A stretch of 64,000 bases of DNA, taken from an uncultured Clostridia bacterium (GTDB lineage Bacteria > Bacillota > Clostridia > Christensenellales > UBA1242). Positions within the stretch are counted from its first letter, which is position 1. Each line of letters starts with the position of its first letter. A program made the position numbers and the translations under genes. The DNA lies in NCBI GenBank assembly GCA_947632645.1, contig CANRQB010000001.1:70813-134812 (forward strand), given 5' to 3'. The notes under the pieces were generated by a model, which saw only the letters and a list, made by a program, of their open reading frames with translations, was not told the origin of the DNA and did not search any database. Shown here in pieces: positions 1 through 10,308 of the stretch.

Positions 1-2
1 TA

Positions 3-92
3 GATGCATTTATGAATGGCGATTTGGACGAGATGATAGATGCACTTACCCTTGCCGATCAGCAAGCCAAACTTGCCGCTCAGGAGGATTAG
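3..92 (+). CDS. 3' end of an unidentified CDS running off the left edge (...DAFMNGDLDEMIDALTLADQQAKLAAQED*)
   Basis: Frame is open from the window edge to TAG at 90-92. Its last codons carry the AGGAGG used as RBS by the next gene. Not in the ORF track because it is truncated. Confidence 0.35.
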   Translation, partial: DAFMNGDLDEMIDALTLADQQAKLAAQED

Positions 93-93
93 T

Positions 94-546
94 TTGTTAG
101 AAAAAGATGTATTAATAAAAAGCCTAAAAAAGTTGGGCTTTGTGCCAGAAAAATCTAAAACCACAAATGGCAGCCATTTTAATTTTACGCATGTAAATTA
201 TCCACTTATTAAAGTTTGCGTGGTAGACCATAAGGACAGAACTAGCATGAGCCGAAATGTAGAGCAAGATATTATTTCGGGCATTGCATTTGCTTGCGTG
301 CTAGATTGCCTAAACCAAAACCAAGCCATAGATGATAAATTTGTTTCCAAATATTTGGCGGTGGCGGATAGTAGCATTGCCACTCAGGTTAGGCGAAAGA
401 TAAACAATTTAAAATTGGCAGATAATCATAGCCTAATTTCGCTTATGCCAACAAAATTGCAGCGCGAGATTTATAAATTTATAAAAAACCCAACCAACGA
501 TAACATCATCACGTATTTTAAGGAAAGAAAAATTGTATCAATTTAA
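94..546 (+). CDS. Hypothetical protein with a HicA/YcfA-like N-terminal region and an ~80-aa C-terminal extension
   Basis: TTG at 94 lies 5 nt after AGGAGG (83-88). The track start at 40 lies inside the upstream CDS. LIKSLKKLGFVPEKSKTTNGSHFNFTH resembles the HicA core (K-L-x-K-x-GF...GSH). A hairpin plus T-run follows. Confidence 0.5.
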   Translation: MLEKDVLIKSLKKLGFVPEKSKTTNGSHFNFTHVNYPLIKVCVVDHKDRTSMSRNVEQDIISGIAFACVLDCLNQNQAIDDKFVSKYLAVADSSIATQVRRKINNLKLADNHSLISLMPTKLQREIYKFIKNPTNDNIITYFKERKIVSI

Positions 547-571
547 GCACATAAAAGGTGCTTATTTTTTT
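545..571 (+). terminator. Rho-independent terminator
   Basis: AAGCAC-ataaaag-GTGCTT followed by ATTTTTTTT. Confidence 0.7.
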
Positions 572-656
572 GAATTTTTTGTAGTATTTTGTTTGATTTT
601 TTTGCGCTTTGTGTTATAATTATGTTATAGGGGAACATTTTTTAGTAGGAGAAAGT

Positions 657-2372
657 ATGGCAAAATATCTAAAACCGGGTGCAGAGGAACAATTCACTGA
701 AGATATAACAGAAATTCAGTATCTAAAATTTAACATGGCAAGGCATGTTGCACTTGGTTATATGCTTGGCGATTTTGATGAGCGCGGCGAGTATAATATC
801 GACCCAGAAATTGTGCGCGAACTTATATTTATGCCAAAACATTTTGTGGAAAGCATGGAAAATATAGATATCTGCCACAGCCAACTAACCTTAAACGCGC
901 CGCTTACATTTTTGGTTACATTCGAGCAGGATACCGCCACCCTTTCGCTTATAGAAAAAATTAGTTACGAAGGCAACTTTAAATTTAATTCGGGCAGTTA
1001 TAGCAACATTAACGAATACATTTTGGATGTGGTTGCTACAAACGGAAATATCAATAAAGAGGCGATATATAGGCGCTGGAATATCGGCCAGTTTGGCGGC
1101 GAGGCGTTGGATATACGCAATTTGGATGAGGAACAACTAGAGGCTTTTTATGGCCTTGCAACAAGGTTTAAATATTTAACTTATGTTAATGCCATGTTTG
1201 CCGAAAAGGAGGCCGAACTGGAAGCCGCCGAAACCCAATACTCTAACGATATGCTGCATTTGTTGGAGCAGTATCCCGAACTTAGAGATGCCGTTAACGA
1301 ACAGCTTAAAGATGCGCTAGATAAAACCGAAATTTTGCGCTTAGATAAGCCAAACTTTGCAAAAACACTAAATGAAGTTATAGACACGGCAATAGATTTT
1401 AATATCCAACAGCTGTCGCCAGAAAAGCAAAAAGAGTTTGCCACCCTGCGCGGCAACATTCAACAGGCAAGAAATGTTAAAGTAGAGCAAACCATTCCAA
1501 TAGAAATTAGCCACGTGGATTTAAATAATAAAGAAACTGCAATTGGCACACCAAAAGTGCAAACCTTTAATGCAGAGGCAACGCTATCTTTATATGCGCT
1601 GGATGAACTAGTTAAAGCTAAGCAAGCGACCGCCGAGCAGCAAGCGCAAGCTAGGGCAGTGGATGTTGCCTTAAACAACAAAAAATCAAATGCCACAAAA
1701 CTGCCACTAATGCTTGGCTTAACTACCCTTGCTAACATACTGGGTGGCTCGGTTGGGCGTAACATTTTAGAAAATGTTGATGAAAAATTAAAGGCGCAAA
1801 TAGAAGCCTTAAAGAAAACCACCACGCCAAAAAGCATGCTTGGCAAAGCCGCAGCACAAGAGCAGAAAGCAGATAGCCAAGTTAATAAGCAAGCGGGGGC
1901 AACAACTCCAAAAACAACTGTGGCAAATAAAAATTCAAAAGCAAACAAATCCGCCAAACCAGCTGCCACCAATAAAGCACAAAAGAAAGGCAGCACAACA
2001 AAAACAAGCGGCAGCACAACTGCTGCAACAAATAAAAACAAAACATCCTCCCCATACATTTATAATAAAGATAAGGGAGAGCGACCAAAAGCCAAATCAG
2101 AAGAAAAAACGAAAGATCCAAATCCAAATAAAAATCTAAGGAACGAAATTGAGGAAAGGCTTGCGAAGTTAAGGGGAGAAAATGGCGAAACTGCCATAGG
2201 TACAAATAGACAACCCCTTATAAAAAAAGAAGTTGGCAAAGTATCGCAAAATGATAATGCCCCTATACGCAAGCAAGATTCAGAAAAACAACTTGGAAGA
2301 ACATCACCAAGTCAACCTAAAATTGGCGGCGATGTTGAAATAACCACTACTGAAATTGGTTTAACAAAATAA
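657..2372 (+). CDS. Hypothetical 571-aa protein with a K/T/N/S/A-rich low-complexity C-terminal third
   Basis: ATG at 657 follows GGAGAAAG. The track start at 609 overlaps an extended -10 (TGtTATAAT, 612-620). I recognise no family. Coiled-coil-like middle; the tail is ...KNSKANKSAKPAATNKAQKKGSTTKTSGSTTAATNKNK... Confidence 0.7.
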   Translation: MAKYLKPGAEEQFTEDITEIQYLKFNMARHVALGYMLGDFDERGEYNIDPEIVRELIFMPKHFVESMENIDICHSQLTLNAPLTFLVTFEQDTATLSLIEKISYEGNFKFNSGSYSNINEYILDVVATNGNINKEAIYRRWNIGQFGGEALDIRNLDEEQLEAFYGLATRFKYLTYVNAMFAEKEAELEAAETQYSNDMLHLLEQYPELRDAVNEQLKDALDKTEILRLDKPNFAKTLNEVIDTAIDFNIQQLSPEKQKEFATLRGNIQQARNVKVEQTIPIEISHVDLNNKETAIGTPKVQTFNAEATLSLYALDELVKAKQATAEQQAQARAVDVALNNKKSNATKLPLMLGLTTLANILGGSVGRNILENVDEKLKAQIEALKKTTTPKSMLGKAAAQEQKADSQVNKQAGATTPKTTVANKNSKANKSAKPAATNKAQKKGSTTKTSGSTTAATNKNKTSSPYIYNKDKGERPKAKSEEKTKDPNPNKNLRNEIEERLAKLRGENGETAIGTNRQPLIKKEVGKVSQNDNAPIRKQDSEKQLGRTSPSQPKIGGDVEITTTEIGLTK

Positions 2373-2398
2373 AAAAACTGAACTAGTTCAGTTTTTTT
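2371..2398. terminator. Bidirectional terminator between convergent genes
   Basis: AAAAAAA-CTGAAC-ta-GTTCAG-TTTTTTT; overlaps the stop of the minus-strand ORF. Confidence 0.65.
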
Positions 2399-2868
2399 GT
2401 TACTTGATCTTCATTATTTATTGCACGTCTTGCAATTAAATCGATTGTGAATCTATCTACGATCTTCATAAGTGGCTCTAATTCTTCATTTTTAGATTTG
2501 TAACTCAATTTACGAAATTCTGTGTTGAAATCTTCACAAAATAATAATCTATCTAAATCTTCACAAACGTTATCCAAATTTAACTCCACACCCTCAATAG
2601 TTTTTAACGGGATTACAATGTTATCCCACAATGCAGTTATAACATTAGGATAGCATGGATAACGCGTTAAACTTGATAGGCGTTCATACATAAATGCACC
2701 ATTTTTTTCTTCTTTAAGCATATTTTCAAGAAATTTTATTTCAAACTCTTTTGGTGTAGGGTTGTATGGTTTTTTAGATTCTTTTACATAACGATTGTAA
2801 AGCCATTCATTAGTATGATCTTCTAACTCTTTAAAACAATCTTCGACAGTTTTATAAATCTTTGCCAT
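2383..2868 (-). CDS. Hypothetical 161-aa protein
   Basis: Clean ORF with GGAG-type RBS (aaggagattaat-ATG on the minus strand). No recognisable family. Confidence 0.6.
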   Translation of the reverse strand: MAKIYKTVEDCFKELEDHTNEWLYNRYVKESKKPYNPTPKEFEIKFLENMLKEEKNGAFMYERLSSLTRYPCYPNVITALWDNIVIPLKTIEGVELNLDNVCEDLDRLLFCEDFNTEFRKLSYKSKNEELEPLMKIVDRFTIDLIARRAINNEDQVTKKLN

Positions 2869-3121
2869 ATTAATCTCCTTATCTAAATGTATTGTAGCAC
2901 ATTATTTTTTATTTGTAAATACCTTTTTTAAAAATTTTTTTAATTTTTTTAATGTGCATATAATTTTATCAATTAATATTATCACACTTTTTATTATTTG
3001 TAAATACTTTTTTTAAAAATTCTTAAAAAATTTTATTTTGTAGTGTGTTTATAGCGGTTTATTTAAATTTTATATAACCTTAATAAATATAAAAATATTT
3101 TAAAAAAGTTGTAAAAAAGGG

Positions 3122-3150
3122 TTGACAAACATTTTTAGGTTTGGTATAAT
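3122..3150 (+). promoter_or_regulatory. Sigma-A-type promoter of the S10 operon
   Basis: TTGACA (3122-3127), 17-nt spacer, TGgTATAAT (3142-3150). Confidence 0.7.
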
Positions 3151-3155
3151 ACACT

Positions 3156-3391
3156 TGCTAATCATGTTTTAAGCCCATTTTTTATGTGGCTTAAGCGGGG
3201 CGATGTTTAAGGTTGCATCCGCCAGCAGATGGCAGGGTGGTAATTTAAACTGACCGCAAGACAAGTTTGTCGCCAGAGGGGTGTAAGCCCAATTTTATTT
3301 GCAGATTAGCACTTAACACTCGGGCAGGGTGCTGCGCGTACGCGTTAAGGGGCTCTGGTAATTTGTAGCAAAAAGTTAAAAGGAGAAATTT
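3156..3391 (+). promoter_or_regulatory. Long (~235 nt) structured 5' leader of the S10 operon, or an embedded small RNA
   Basis: No ORF. 8-bp long-range helix TGCTAATC (3156-3163) / GATTAGCA (3304-3311). Inner hairpins pair 3169-3175 with 3188-3194 and CTTAAC (3312-3317) with GTTAAG (3344-3349). Palindrome CGCGTACGCG at 3335-3344. Noticeably more GC-rich than neighbouring intergenic DNA. Confidence 0.4.
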
Positions 3392-3700
3392 ATGGCAACT
3401 ACAAAATTAAGGATTAAGCTTGCTAGTTATGATGCAGGGTTAATCGACAATGTGGCATCAAGAATTGTTGATACCGCAATTAAGTCCGGATGCAAAGTTT
3501 CCGGGCCAATCCCACTGCCTACTAAAAAGGAAGTGGTTACAGTTATTCGTGCAACGTACAGATATAAAGATTCACGCGAACAGTTTGAATCTTGCACACA
3601 TTTTAGGCTTATCGACATATTTGCACCAAATCCTAAGGCACGCGACACTATCTTAAAGGTGGACGTTCCTAGTGGTGTGGATATTAAGGTGGAAGTATAG
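3392..3700 (+). CDS. rpsJ: 30S ribosomal protein S10
   Basis: 102 aa, MATTKLRIKLASYD...; first gene of the conserved S10 cluster; GGAG RBS. Confidence 0.97.
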   Translation: MATTKLRIKLASYDAGLIDNVASRIVDTAIKSGCKVSGPIPLPTKKEVVTVIRATYRYKDSREQFESCTHFRLIDIFAPNPKARDTILKVDVPSGVDIKVEV

Positions 3701-3709
3701 GAGGGAACT

Positions 3710-4342
3710 GTGGAAAAAGCAATTATTGGTACCAAAATTGGTATGACTCAAGTTTTTGATGAAGACGGCAGGGTAGAACCAGTTACAGTTGTTATGGCAG
3801 GCCCTTGCTATGTAACTCAAATTAAAACAAGCGAAAAGGATGGCTACAACGCAGTGCAAGTTGGTTATGGCGAAATTAAAGCAAAAAATGTTAACAAATG
3901 CCTAACCGGCGCTTACAAAAAAGCTGGTGTAGAGCCAAAGCGCGTTTTAAAAGAGTTTAAATATGATGATGTATCCAAATATTCTGTTGGCCAAGTTATA
4001 AAGGCAGATATGTTTGCTGAGGGCGACATTGTGGATGTTGCTGGTGTAACAAAAGGTCATGGCTTCACTGGTGTTATTAAACGTTGGAATCAACAACGCC
4101 TTAAAATGACTCACGGTGTTGGCCCAGTTCACAGAGAGGTAGGTTCTATGGGTTCTCGTACCACTCCAGGTAAGGTTTACAAAAACAAAAAGATGCCTGG
4201 TCACTATGGTCACGAAGCAGTAACCGTACAAAACCTTAAAATAATTCGTGTTGATGCGGAAAGGAATTTGATTTTAATTAAGGGAAGTATCCCTGGCCCT
4301 AAAAAGAGCATAGTTACAATCAAATCCGCAGCAAAAGCGTAA
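3710..4342 (+). CDS. rplC: 50S ribosomal protein L3
   Basis: 210 aa, GTG start after GGAGGG; ...[16 protein letters not shown]...; cluster order. Confidence 0.96.
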   Translation: MEKAIIGTKIGMTQVFDEDGRVEPVTVVMAGPCYVTQIKTSEKDGYNAVQVGYGEIKAKNVNKCLTGAYKKAGVEPKRVLKEFKYDDVSKYSVGQVIKADMFAEGDIVDVAGVTKGHGFTGVIKRWNQQRLKMTHGVGPVHREVGSMGSRTTPGKVYKNKKMPGHYGHEAVTVQNLKIIRVDAERNLILIKGSIPGPKKSIVTIKSAAKA

Positions 4343-4353
4343 AGGAGTAAACT

Positions 4354-4977
4354 ATGGCAAAACTTAAAGTTTATAATATCAAAAAAGAAGAGGTTGGCAA
4401 CATAACTCTTAACGATCAAGTGTTTGCAGTTGAATATAAAGAGAGTTTAATTCACCAAGTGGTGGTAGCACTTCACAACAACGCACGTCAAGGCACAAAA
4501 TCTACCTTAACCAGAAGTGAAGTTAATGCCAGCAAGAAAAAGATCTACAGGCAAAAAGGCACAGGCAATGCTCGTCACGACGAAAAGAGCGCGCCTCAAT
4601 TTGATGGTGGCGGCGTGGTGTTTGCACCTAAGCCAAGGGATTTTAGGCAAAAAATCAACAAAAAGATGCGCGATATTGCGTTTATATCCGCATTAAGTGA
4701 AAAAATTAGGCAAAACGAAGTTTACATTGTGGATGAACTTAAGTTTAAAGATGCAAAAACTAAAGAGGCAGCCGCTTTCTTAAAAGCATTTGAACTAACT
4801 AAGCGCACCATGATTTTAACCAATGGCAAAGATGAAGAAGTGCTACGCGCAACCAACAACATCCAAAAGGTTAAATGCGAAAATGTAGATTTATTAAACG
4901 TTGCCGACATTGTAGAAAATAAATACCTTGTATTTACAAAGGACGCAATCAAAAAGATTGAGGAGGCATACGTATAA
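4354..4977 (+). CDS. rplD: 50S ribosomal protein L4
   Basis: 207 aa; ...RQGTKSTLTRSEV...KIYRQKGTGNAR...; cluster order. Confidence 0.96.
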   Translation: MAKLKVYNIKKEEVGNITLNDQVFAVEYKESLIHQVVVALHNNARQGTKSTLTRSEVNASKKKIYRQKGTGNARHDEKSAPQFDGGGVVFAPKPRDFRQKINKKMRDIAFISALSEKIRQNEVYIVDELKFKDAKTKEAAAFLKAFELTKRTMILTNGKDEEVLRATNNIQKVKCENVDLLNVADIVENKYLVFTKDAIKKIEEAYV

Positions 4978-5279
4978 TGGAAGCACAAGAAATTATAATT
5001 AAGCCAATTTTAACAGAAAAATCTTATGCTGGCATCCCAAACAAAGTGTACACCTTCGAGGTTAACAAAAATGCCAATAAGGTAGAAATTAAAAAAGCAG
5101 TAGAAAAACTGTTTGAAGTGCAAGTTGCTCGCGTTAACACAGTTAGCGTTAAGGGCAAACAAAAAGTTAGAAGAACCAAAAATGGTCGCCAAGTAGGTTC
5201 CACAAGCGATTACAAAAAGGCAATCGTTTTCTTAAAACCAGATTCTAAGGCCATTGCTTTCTTCGAGAGTATTAAATAG
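4977..5279 (+). CDS. rplW: 50S ribosomal protein L23
   Basis: 100 aa; ...IIKPILTEKSY...; ATGA overlap with rplD. Confidence 0.95.
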   Translation: MEAQEIIIKPILTEKSYAGIPNKVYTFEVNKNANKVEIKKAVEKLFEVQVARVNTVSVKGKQKVRRTKNGRQVGSTSDYKKAIVFLKPDSKAIAFFESIK

Positions 5280-5288
5280 GAGTGAATT

Positions 5289-6122
5289 ATGGCTATAAGA
5301 AAATTAAAACCCACTTCGGCTGGTAGCAGATTTCAAGAGTATAAAGTTCACACTACCACCAAAAAAGCGGTTGCGCCTAGGGCATTGTTAGATAACGATA
5401 ACGGCAAATCTGGTGGTCGTAACAGTCAAGGTAAAATAACTGTTAGGCACATCGGTGGCGGCAACAAACGCAAATATCGTATAATCGATTTTAAACGCAA
5501 TAAAGATGGCGTACCTGCAAAGGTAGATAGCATCCAGTACGATCCAAACCGTACCGCTTACATTGCACTTTTGGTTTATGCAGATGGCGAAAAACGTTTC
5601 ATCCTTGCACCAAAGGGCCTTAATGTTGGCGACACTGTTTTGTCGGGCGAGGGTGCCGAAATTAAACCAGGCAACGCGCTAGAACTTAAGGACATCCCAC
5701 TAGGTGCAAAAATTCATAATATCGAATTGCAACCAAAGCGCGGAGGCCAATTGGTGCGCTCTGCAGGTTTAAGCGCGCAACTTATGGCAAAAGAGGGGGC
5801 ATATGCAACCATCCGCTTGCCAAGTGGCGAAATGAGAAAAGTGCTTGCTAACTGCCGTGCAACCATTGGTGAAGTTGGCAACGAAGAAAACGAAATTGTA
5901 TCGCTAGGTAAAGCTGGCCGCACTAGGCATCTTGGCATCCGTCCAACCGTGCGTGGTAGCGCAATGAACCCTATCGATCACCCACATGGTGGTGCAAATG
6001 GTAAAGCGCCAGTTGGTCATGCTGGTCCACTTACCCCATGGGGCAAACCTGCTATTGGTTACAAAACTAGAAAACATAAAAAAGCTTCTGACAAACTTAT
6101 TGTTAAGAGGGCTAATGGTTAG
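5289..6122 (+). CDS. rplB: 50S ribosomal protein L2
   Basis: 277 aa; [15 protein letters not shown]...[13 protein letters not shown]... Confidence 0.97.
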   Translation: MAIRKLKPTSAGSRFQEYKVHTTTKKAVAPRALLDNDNGKSGGRNSQGKITVRHIGGGNKRKYRIIDFKRNKDGVPAKVDSIQYDPNRTAYIALLVYADGEKRFILAPKGLNVGDTVLSGEGAEIKPGNALELKDIPLGAKIHNIELQPKRGGQLVRSAGLSAQLMAKEGAYATIRLPSGEMRKVLANCRATIGEVGNEENEIVSLGKAGRTRHLGIRPTVRGSAMNPIDHPHGGANGKAPVGHAGPLTPWGKPAIGYKTRKHKKASDKLIVKRANG

Positions 6123-6130
6123 GAGAGGTT

Positions 6131-6409
6131 ATGAGTAGAAGTTTAAAGAAACAACCTTATGTAGAAGCAAAACTTATGGCTCGCATTCAAGAGATGAATA
6201 GTAAAAACGAAAAAAAGGCAATAAAAACTTGGAGCCGCGCATCAACTATTTATCCTGATTTTGTTGGCCACACTATTGCTGTACATAATGGCAGAAAACA
6301 TATCCCTGTTTACTGCACTGTAGATATGGTTGGGCACAAACTTGGTGAGTTTGCACCTACCCGCACTTTTAAAGGGCATAAACAGAAAGAAGCCAAGGAT
6401 AAGAAATAG
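6131..6409 (+). CDS. rpsS: 30S ribosomal protein S19
   Basis: 92 aa; [11 protein letters not shown]...[16 protein letters not shown]... Confidence 0.97.
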   Translation: MSRSLKKQPYVEAKLMARIQEMNSKNEKKAIKTWSRASTIYPDFVGHTIAVHNGRKHIPVYCTVDMVGHKLGEFAPTRTFKGHKQKEAKDKK

Positions 6410-6418
6410 GAGTGAATT

Positions 6419-6808
6419 ATGGCAAGAAGAATTAAAGAAAAATCACAAAAAATCAACCAAAATAAAGACACTCGCCCATACGCAATTGTGCGTTATGTTA
6501 GGGTTGCTCCTACCAAGGCAAAAATTGTTGCAGATGTAGTTAAAGGCAAAACTGTAAGCGATGCAGTTGCCCTTTTAAGCAATATGCCACAAGATGCAGC
6601 AGAAATAATTTTAAAAGTTGTAAATTCAGCTGCAGCTAATGCCACAAACAACAAAGGACTTAATGCAAGCGATTTGTTTGTTGCAGACATTATTGTTAAC
6701 GCTGCTCATAACAGCCAAAACAAGGTTTATGCGCGTGGCAAAGGCGGCATGGACAGAATTACAACCAAAACTAGCCACATTAAAGTTGTGCTAGATGTAA
6801 AGGAGTAG
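6419..6808 (+). CDS. rplV: 50S ribosomal protein L22
   Basis: 129 aa; ...RYVRVAPTKAKIVADVVKGK...; cluster order. Confidence 0.95.
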   Translation: MARRIKEKSQKINQNKDTRPYAIVRYVRVAPTKAKIVADVVKGKTVSDAVALLSNMPQDAAEIILKVVNSAAANATNNKGLNASDLFVADIIVNAAHNSQNKVYARGKGGMDRITTKTSHIKVVLDVKE

Positions 6809-6811
6809 AGT

Positions 6812-7492
6812 ATGGGACAAAAAGTTAATCCATTAGGTTTAAGGTTAGGCACAATTAGAACTTGGAACTCTTTTTGGTACGCCGACAAAAAAGATATTGC
6901 AAAAAACATTAAGGAAGATAATGTTATCCGTAACTACATCTTTAAAGAGTATAAAAATTGCGCTATCGCTAACGTTACAATCGAACGCACCGAAAACGCA
7001 GTTACAGTAAGTGTTTTCACTGGCAAACCTGGTGTGCTTATTGGCCAAAAGGGTGCTGGCGTAGAAGCATTAAAGAAAAATATAGAAAAACTTACCATTG
7101 CAAAACGCGTTAACGTTAATGTAGTGGAGGTTAAAGAGCAAGATTTAAATGCAAAATTGGTGGCAGAGTCTATTGCCGCGCAACTGGAAAAACGTGCACA
7201 ATTCAGGCGCGTTATGAAAAGTGCAATCCAACGCGTTATGCGTGCGGGTGCAATCGGTTGCAAGGTTATGATATCTGGCCGACTAGACGGGGCAGAAATT
7301 GCGCGTAGTGAACAAGACCACGATGGTACACTTCCGCTGCAAACCATCCGCGCCAATATAGATTATGCACAGGTAGATGCACACACCACTTTTGGTGTTT
7401 TGGGCGTTAAAGTGTGGATAAATAAAGGCGAAATTTTGGGTAAGGTTAGTCAACTTTCTGCACAACAATCCCGCAAAAAAGGAGATAACTAA
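6812..7492 (+). CDS. rpsC: 30S ribosomal protein S3
   Basis: 226 aa; [13 protein letters not shown]... Confidence 0.97.
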   Translation: MGQKVNPLGLRLGTIRTWNSFWYADKKDIAKNIKEDNVIRNYIFKEYKNCAIANVTIERTENAVTVSVFTGKPGVLIGQKGAGVEALKKNIEKLTIAKRVNVNVVEVKEQDLNAKLVAESIAAQLEKRAQFRRVMKSAIQRVMRAGAIGCKVMISGRLDGAEIARSEQDHDGTLPLQTIRANIDYAQVDAHTTFGVLGVKVWINKGEILGKVSQLSAQQSRKKGDN

Positions 7493-7494
7493 TT

Positions 7495-7926
7495 ATGTTA
7501 ATACCTAAAAGAGAAAAAAGAAGAAAAGTTCATCGCGGTAGAATGACTGGCCGTGCTATTCGTGGTAGCAAAGTTACCTATGGCGATTATGGTTTACAAG
7601 CAACCGAACCATGTTGGATAACTCCAAACCAAATAGAAGCAGCCCGTGTTGCAATTAACAGATATATGAAACGTGGCGGCAAGGTTTGGATTAAAATCTT
7701 CCCACACAAACCTATCACCAAAAAACCAGCCGACACTCGTATGGGTAGCGGTAAAGGTGCACAGGTTGGTCACGTTGCTGTTGTAAAAACAGATAGAGTG
7801 CTTATCGAGGTTAGTGGTCCAAGCGAAGAAGCGTGCTTGGAAGCGCTTCGCCTTGCAAGCCACAAACTTCCTTGCAAAACTAGAGTAGTTCGTAAGGAAA
7901 AGGCAGGTGATAACAATGAAGAATAA
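7495..7926 (+). CDS. rplP: 50S ribosomal protein L16
   Basis: 143 aa; [17 protein letters not shown]... Confidence 0.97.
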   Translation: MLIPKREKRRKVHRGRMTGRAIRGSKVTYGDYGLQATEPCWITPNQIEAARVAINRYMKRGGKVWIKIFPHKPITKKPADTRMGSGKGAQVGHVAVVKTDRVLIEVSGPSEEACLEALRLASHKLPCKTRVVRKEKAGDNNEE

Positions 7927-8116
7927 TTATAACAATTTATCTATTAAAGAACTTACTGCAGAAGAGGGCAAATTAAGAAGTGAACTACTTAATTTAACCT
8001 TCCAAAACAAAGTAGGTCAACTGCAAGACACTTCGCGTATTAGGGTTGTTAGAAAAAACATCGCACGTGTTAAAACCGCCCTTAAGTTAAAAGAAATTGC
8101 TGGAGCAAAGGAGTAA
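7916..8116 (+). CDS. rpmC: 50S ribosomal protein L29
   Basis: ATG at 7916, 5 nt after AGGTGA (the track GTG at 7907 is an alternative). ...[20 protein letters not shown]... Confidence 0.9.
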   Translation: MKNNYNNLSIKELTAEEGKLRSELLNLTFQNKVGQLQDTSRIRVVRKNIARVKTALKLKEIAGAKE

Positions 8117-8120
8117 GAGT

Positions 8121-8381
8121 ATGGAAGAAATTAAGTCAAACCACAAATCTATTCAGGGTGTTGTTGTTTCGGACAAAATGGACAAAACCATTACTGTTTT
8201 GGTAACCAGCAGAAAAAAACATCCAATATACAAAAAGTATGTTACATCTAGTAAAAAATATAAAGCACACGACGAAAAGAACGAAGCTCATGTTGGCGAC
8301 ACCGTTGTTATAGTGGAAACCCGTCCACTTAGCCGCGACAAGCATTTTAGGCTTCTATCTATCGTAGAACGTGCTAAGTAG
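8121..8381 (+). CDS. rpsQ: 30S ribosomal protein S17
   Basis: ATG at 8121 after AAGGAG. ...[18 protein letters not shown]...[22 protein letters not shown]... Confidence 0.94.
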   Translation: MEEIKSNHKSIQGVVVSDKMDKTITVLVTSRKKHPIYKKYVTSSKKYKAHDEKNEAHVGDTVVIVETRPLSRDKHFRLLSIVERAK

Positions 8382-8390
8382 GAGGCAGAT

Positions 8391-8759
8391 ATGATTCAAC
8401 CATTATCAACATTAAATGTGGCAGATAACACTGGCGCAAAACGTTTAAGATGTATCCGCTGCAAAGGTGGCTCGTTTAGGCGCAGTGCAACCCTAGGTGA
8501 TATCATCGTTGCCTCGGTTATAAAAGCAGACCCAGACGGCAAGGTTAAAAAAGGCGATGTTGTTACTGCAGTTATTGTGCGCTCTAAAAAGGGTGTGCAA
8601 CGCGCAGACGGCACATACATCCGCTTTGACGACAACGCTGCAGTGCTTATCGATAAGCAAAATGCACCAAGAGGCACTCGTGTGTTTGGGCCAATTGCAA
8701 GAGAATTGCGTGCTAAGGGCTTTACCCAAATTTTGTCGTTAGCACCAGAGGTTTTGTAG
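8391..8759 (+). CDS. rplN: 50S ribosomal protein L14
   Basis: 122 aa; [17 protein letters not shown]... Confidence 0.97.
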   Translation: MIQPLSTLNVADNTGAKRLRCIRCKGGSFRRSATLGDIIVASVIKADPDGKVKKGDVVTAVIVRSKKGVQRADGTYIRFDDNAAVLIDKQNAPRGTRVFGPIARELRAKGFTQILSLAPEVL

Positions 8760-8768
8760 GAGGAGAGT

Positions 8769-9125
8769 ATGAAGTTAAGTGTAAAAAAAGGCGACAATGT
8801 TTTGGTTTTAGCTGGCAAAGACGCTGGCAAAACCGGTGAAGTTTTGTCGGTTAACAAAGACGATAGCCGTGTTGTTGTAACAGGTGTTAACATTCAATCT
8901 CACCACAAAAAACCAAGAAATAAAGACGATAAAGGCGGCATTAAAAAGTACGAAGGCACAATAGATATTAGCAATGTGCAAGTGGTTTGCCCAGCTTGTA
9001 AAAAAGCAACTCGTGTTGCAAGAAAAGTTGAAGAAGGCAAAACTGTGCGCGTTTGCAAAAAATGTGGCGCGGTATTAGATGCTGCAAAAGCAAAAAAACC
9101 TGCAAAAAGCAGTAAAAAAGCATAA
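8769..9125 (+). CDS. rplX: 50S ribosomal protein L24 (C-terminal CxxC...CxxC variant)
   Basis: 118 aa; KOW motif VKKGDNVLVLAGKDAGKTGEV; C-terminal CPACKKATRV...CKKCG. Confidence 0.95.
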   Translation: MKLSVKKGDNVLVLAGKDAGKTGEVLSVNKDDSRVVVTGVNIQSHHKKPRNKDDKGGIKKYEGTIDISNVQVVCPACKKATRVARKVEEGKTVRVCKKCGAVLDAAKAKKPAKSSKKA

Positions 9126-9138
9126 AGGAGTATGACAG

Positions 9139-9696
9139 ATGGAAAAAGAAATAAATAGGCGTCATGCATACTATAATGAAAAAGTAAAAAAGGCGTTACA
9201 AGAAAAATTTGGATACAAAAACGTTATGGAAATTCCTAAGATGGAAAAAATTGTGCTTTCCCTTCGCTTGGGTAAAGAAAAGGAAAACGCAAAAACCTTT
9301 AATAACGCTATAGACGAGTTAACTTTAATTGCTGGCCAAAAGGCAGTGGTTACTTATGCTAAAAAATCTGTAGCAAACTTTAAAGTGCGTAAAGGGCAAA
9401 AGATTGGTGCAAAAGTTACCCTTCGTGGCGAACGTATGTACGAATTCTTTGATCGACTTGTGTCGGTTGCTCTACCAAGGGTTAGGGACTTCCAAGGTTT
9501 AAGCACCACCTCGTTTGACGGGCGTGGCAACTACAGTTTTGGCGTTAAGGAACAAATTATCTTCCCAGAAATTGTGTACGATAAAATCGATGCAGTGCGC
9601 GGGTTTGATATTATAATTGTAACCAGCGCAAAAACTGACGCGGAAGCCAAAGAGTTGTTAGCGCTTATGGGCGTACCATTTAAGAAGGGTAAATAG
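9139..9696 (+). CDS. rplE: 50S ribosomal protein L5
   Basis: 185 aa; ...[19 protein letters not shown]... Confidence 0.96.
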   Translation: MEKEINRRHAYYNEKVKKALQEKFGYKNVMEIPKMEKIVLSLRLGKEKENAKTFNNAIDELTLIAGQKAVVTYAKKSVANFKVRKGQKIGAKVTLRGERMYEFFDRLVSVALPRVRDFQGLSTTSFDGRGNYSFGVKEQIIFPEIVYDKIDAVRGFDIIIVTSAKTDAEAKELLALMGVPFKKGK

Positions 9697-9704
9697 GAGT
9701 TATT

Positions 9705-9890
9705 ATGGCAAGAAAAGCAATGATATTAAAACAACAGCGTAAACAAAAGTTTTCAACTCGCGAATACACGAGGTGTTCTATTTGTGGTCGCCCACACGCA
9801 GTACTAAGAAAATATGGTATTTGCAGAATTTGTTTTAGGAACTTAGCACTTAAAGGGGAAATCCCTGGCGTTAAGAAGTCCAGTTGGTAA
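9705..9890 (+). CDS. rpsN: 30S ribosomal protein S14, type Z (zinc-ribbon form)
   Basis: 61 aa; [22 protein letters not shown]. Confidence 0.95.
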   Translation: MARKAMILKQQRKQKFSTREYTRCSICGRPHAVLRKYGICRICFRNLALKGEIPGVKKSSW

Positions 9891-9900
9891 AGGAGGAAAT

Positions 9901-10299
9901 ATGTTAATTTCAGATCCAATAGCAGATATGCTTACTCGCATCCGCAATGCAAACGCAAACAAACACGAAACTGTGCTTGTTCCAGTTAGCAAAACCAAAC
10001 TTGCAATTGCAAACATCCTTAAAGAAGAGGGTTATATTGTAGATTATAAGCAAGTGGAAAACGAGGGCATTAAATTTATTGAAATAGCTTTAAAATATGG
10101 CCCTAAAGGCGAAAAAGTTATTCAAGGCCTTAAAAGAATTAGCAAACCTGGCCTTCGCATTTATGCCGAGGCAGAAAAATTACCTAAGGTTCTTAACGGT
10201 TTAGGCATTGCAATCATTTCCACAAACAAGGGCATTGTAACAGATAAAAACGCAAGAAAATTAAACGTAGGCGGCGAAGTGCTTGCCTATGTGTGGTAG
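9901..10299 (+). CDS. rpsH: 30S ribosomal protein S8
   Basis: 132 aa; [17 protein letters not shown]... Confidence 0.97.
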   Translation: MLISDPIADMLTRIRNANANKHETVLVPVSKTKLAIANILKEEGYIVDYKQVENEGIKFIEIALKYGPKGEKVIQGLKRISKPGLRIYAEAEKLPKVLNGLGIAIISTNKGIVTDKNARKLNVGGEVLAYVW

Positions 10300-10308
10300 A
10301 GGTGGATT

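Noticed and set aside
1460-2059. 199-aa minus-strand ORF, plus the overlapping 99-107-aa ORFs at 1840-2205.
   Set aside because: They are shadows of the low-complexity K/T/A/N-rich tail of the 571-aa gene. The repetitive codon composition keeps several frames open.
8396-8893. 165-aa minus-strand ORF, plus similar antisense ORFs at 3427..3735, 6934..7356, 13257..13667 and 13694..14005.
   Set aside because: They lie entirely antisense to unmistakable ribosomal-protein, secY or adk genes and have no RBS. They are typical shadow ORFs.
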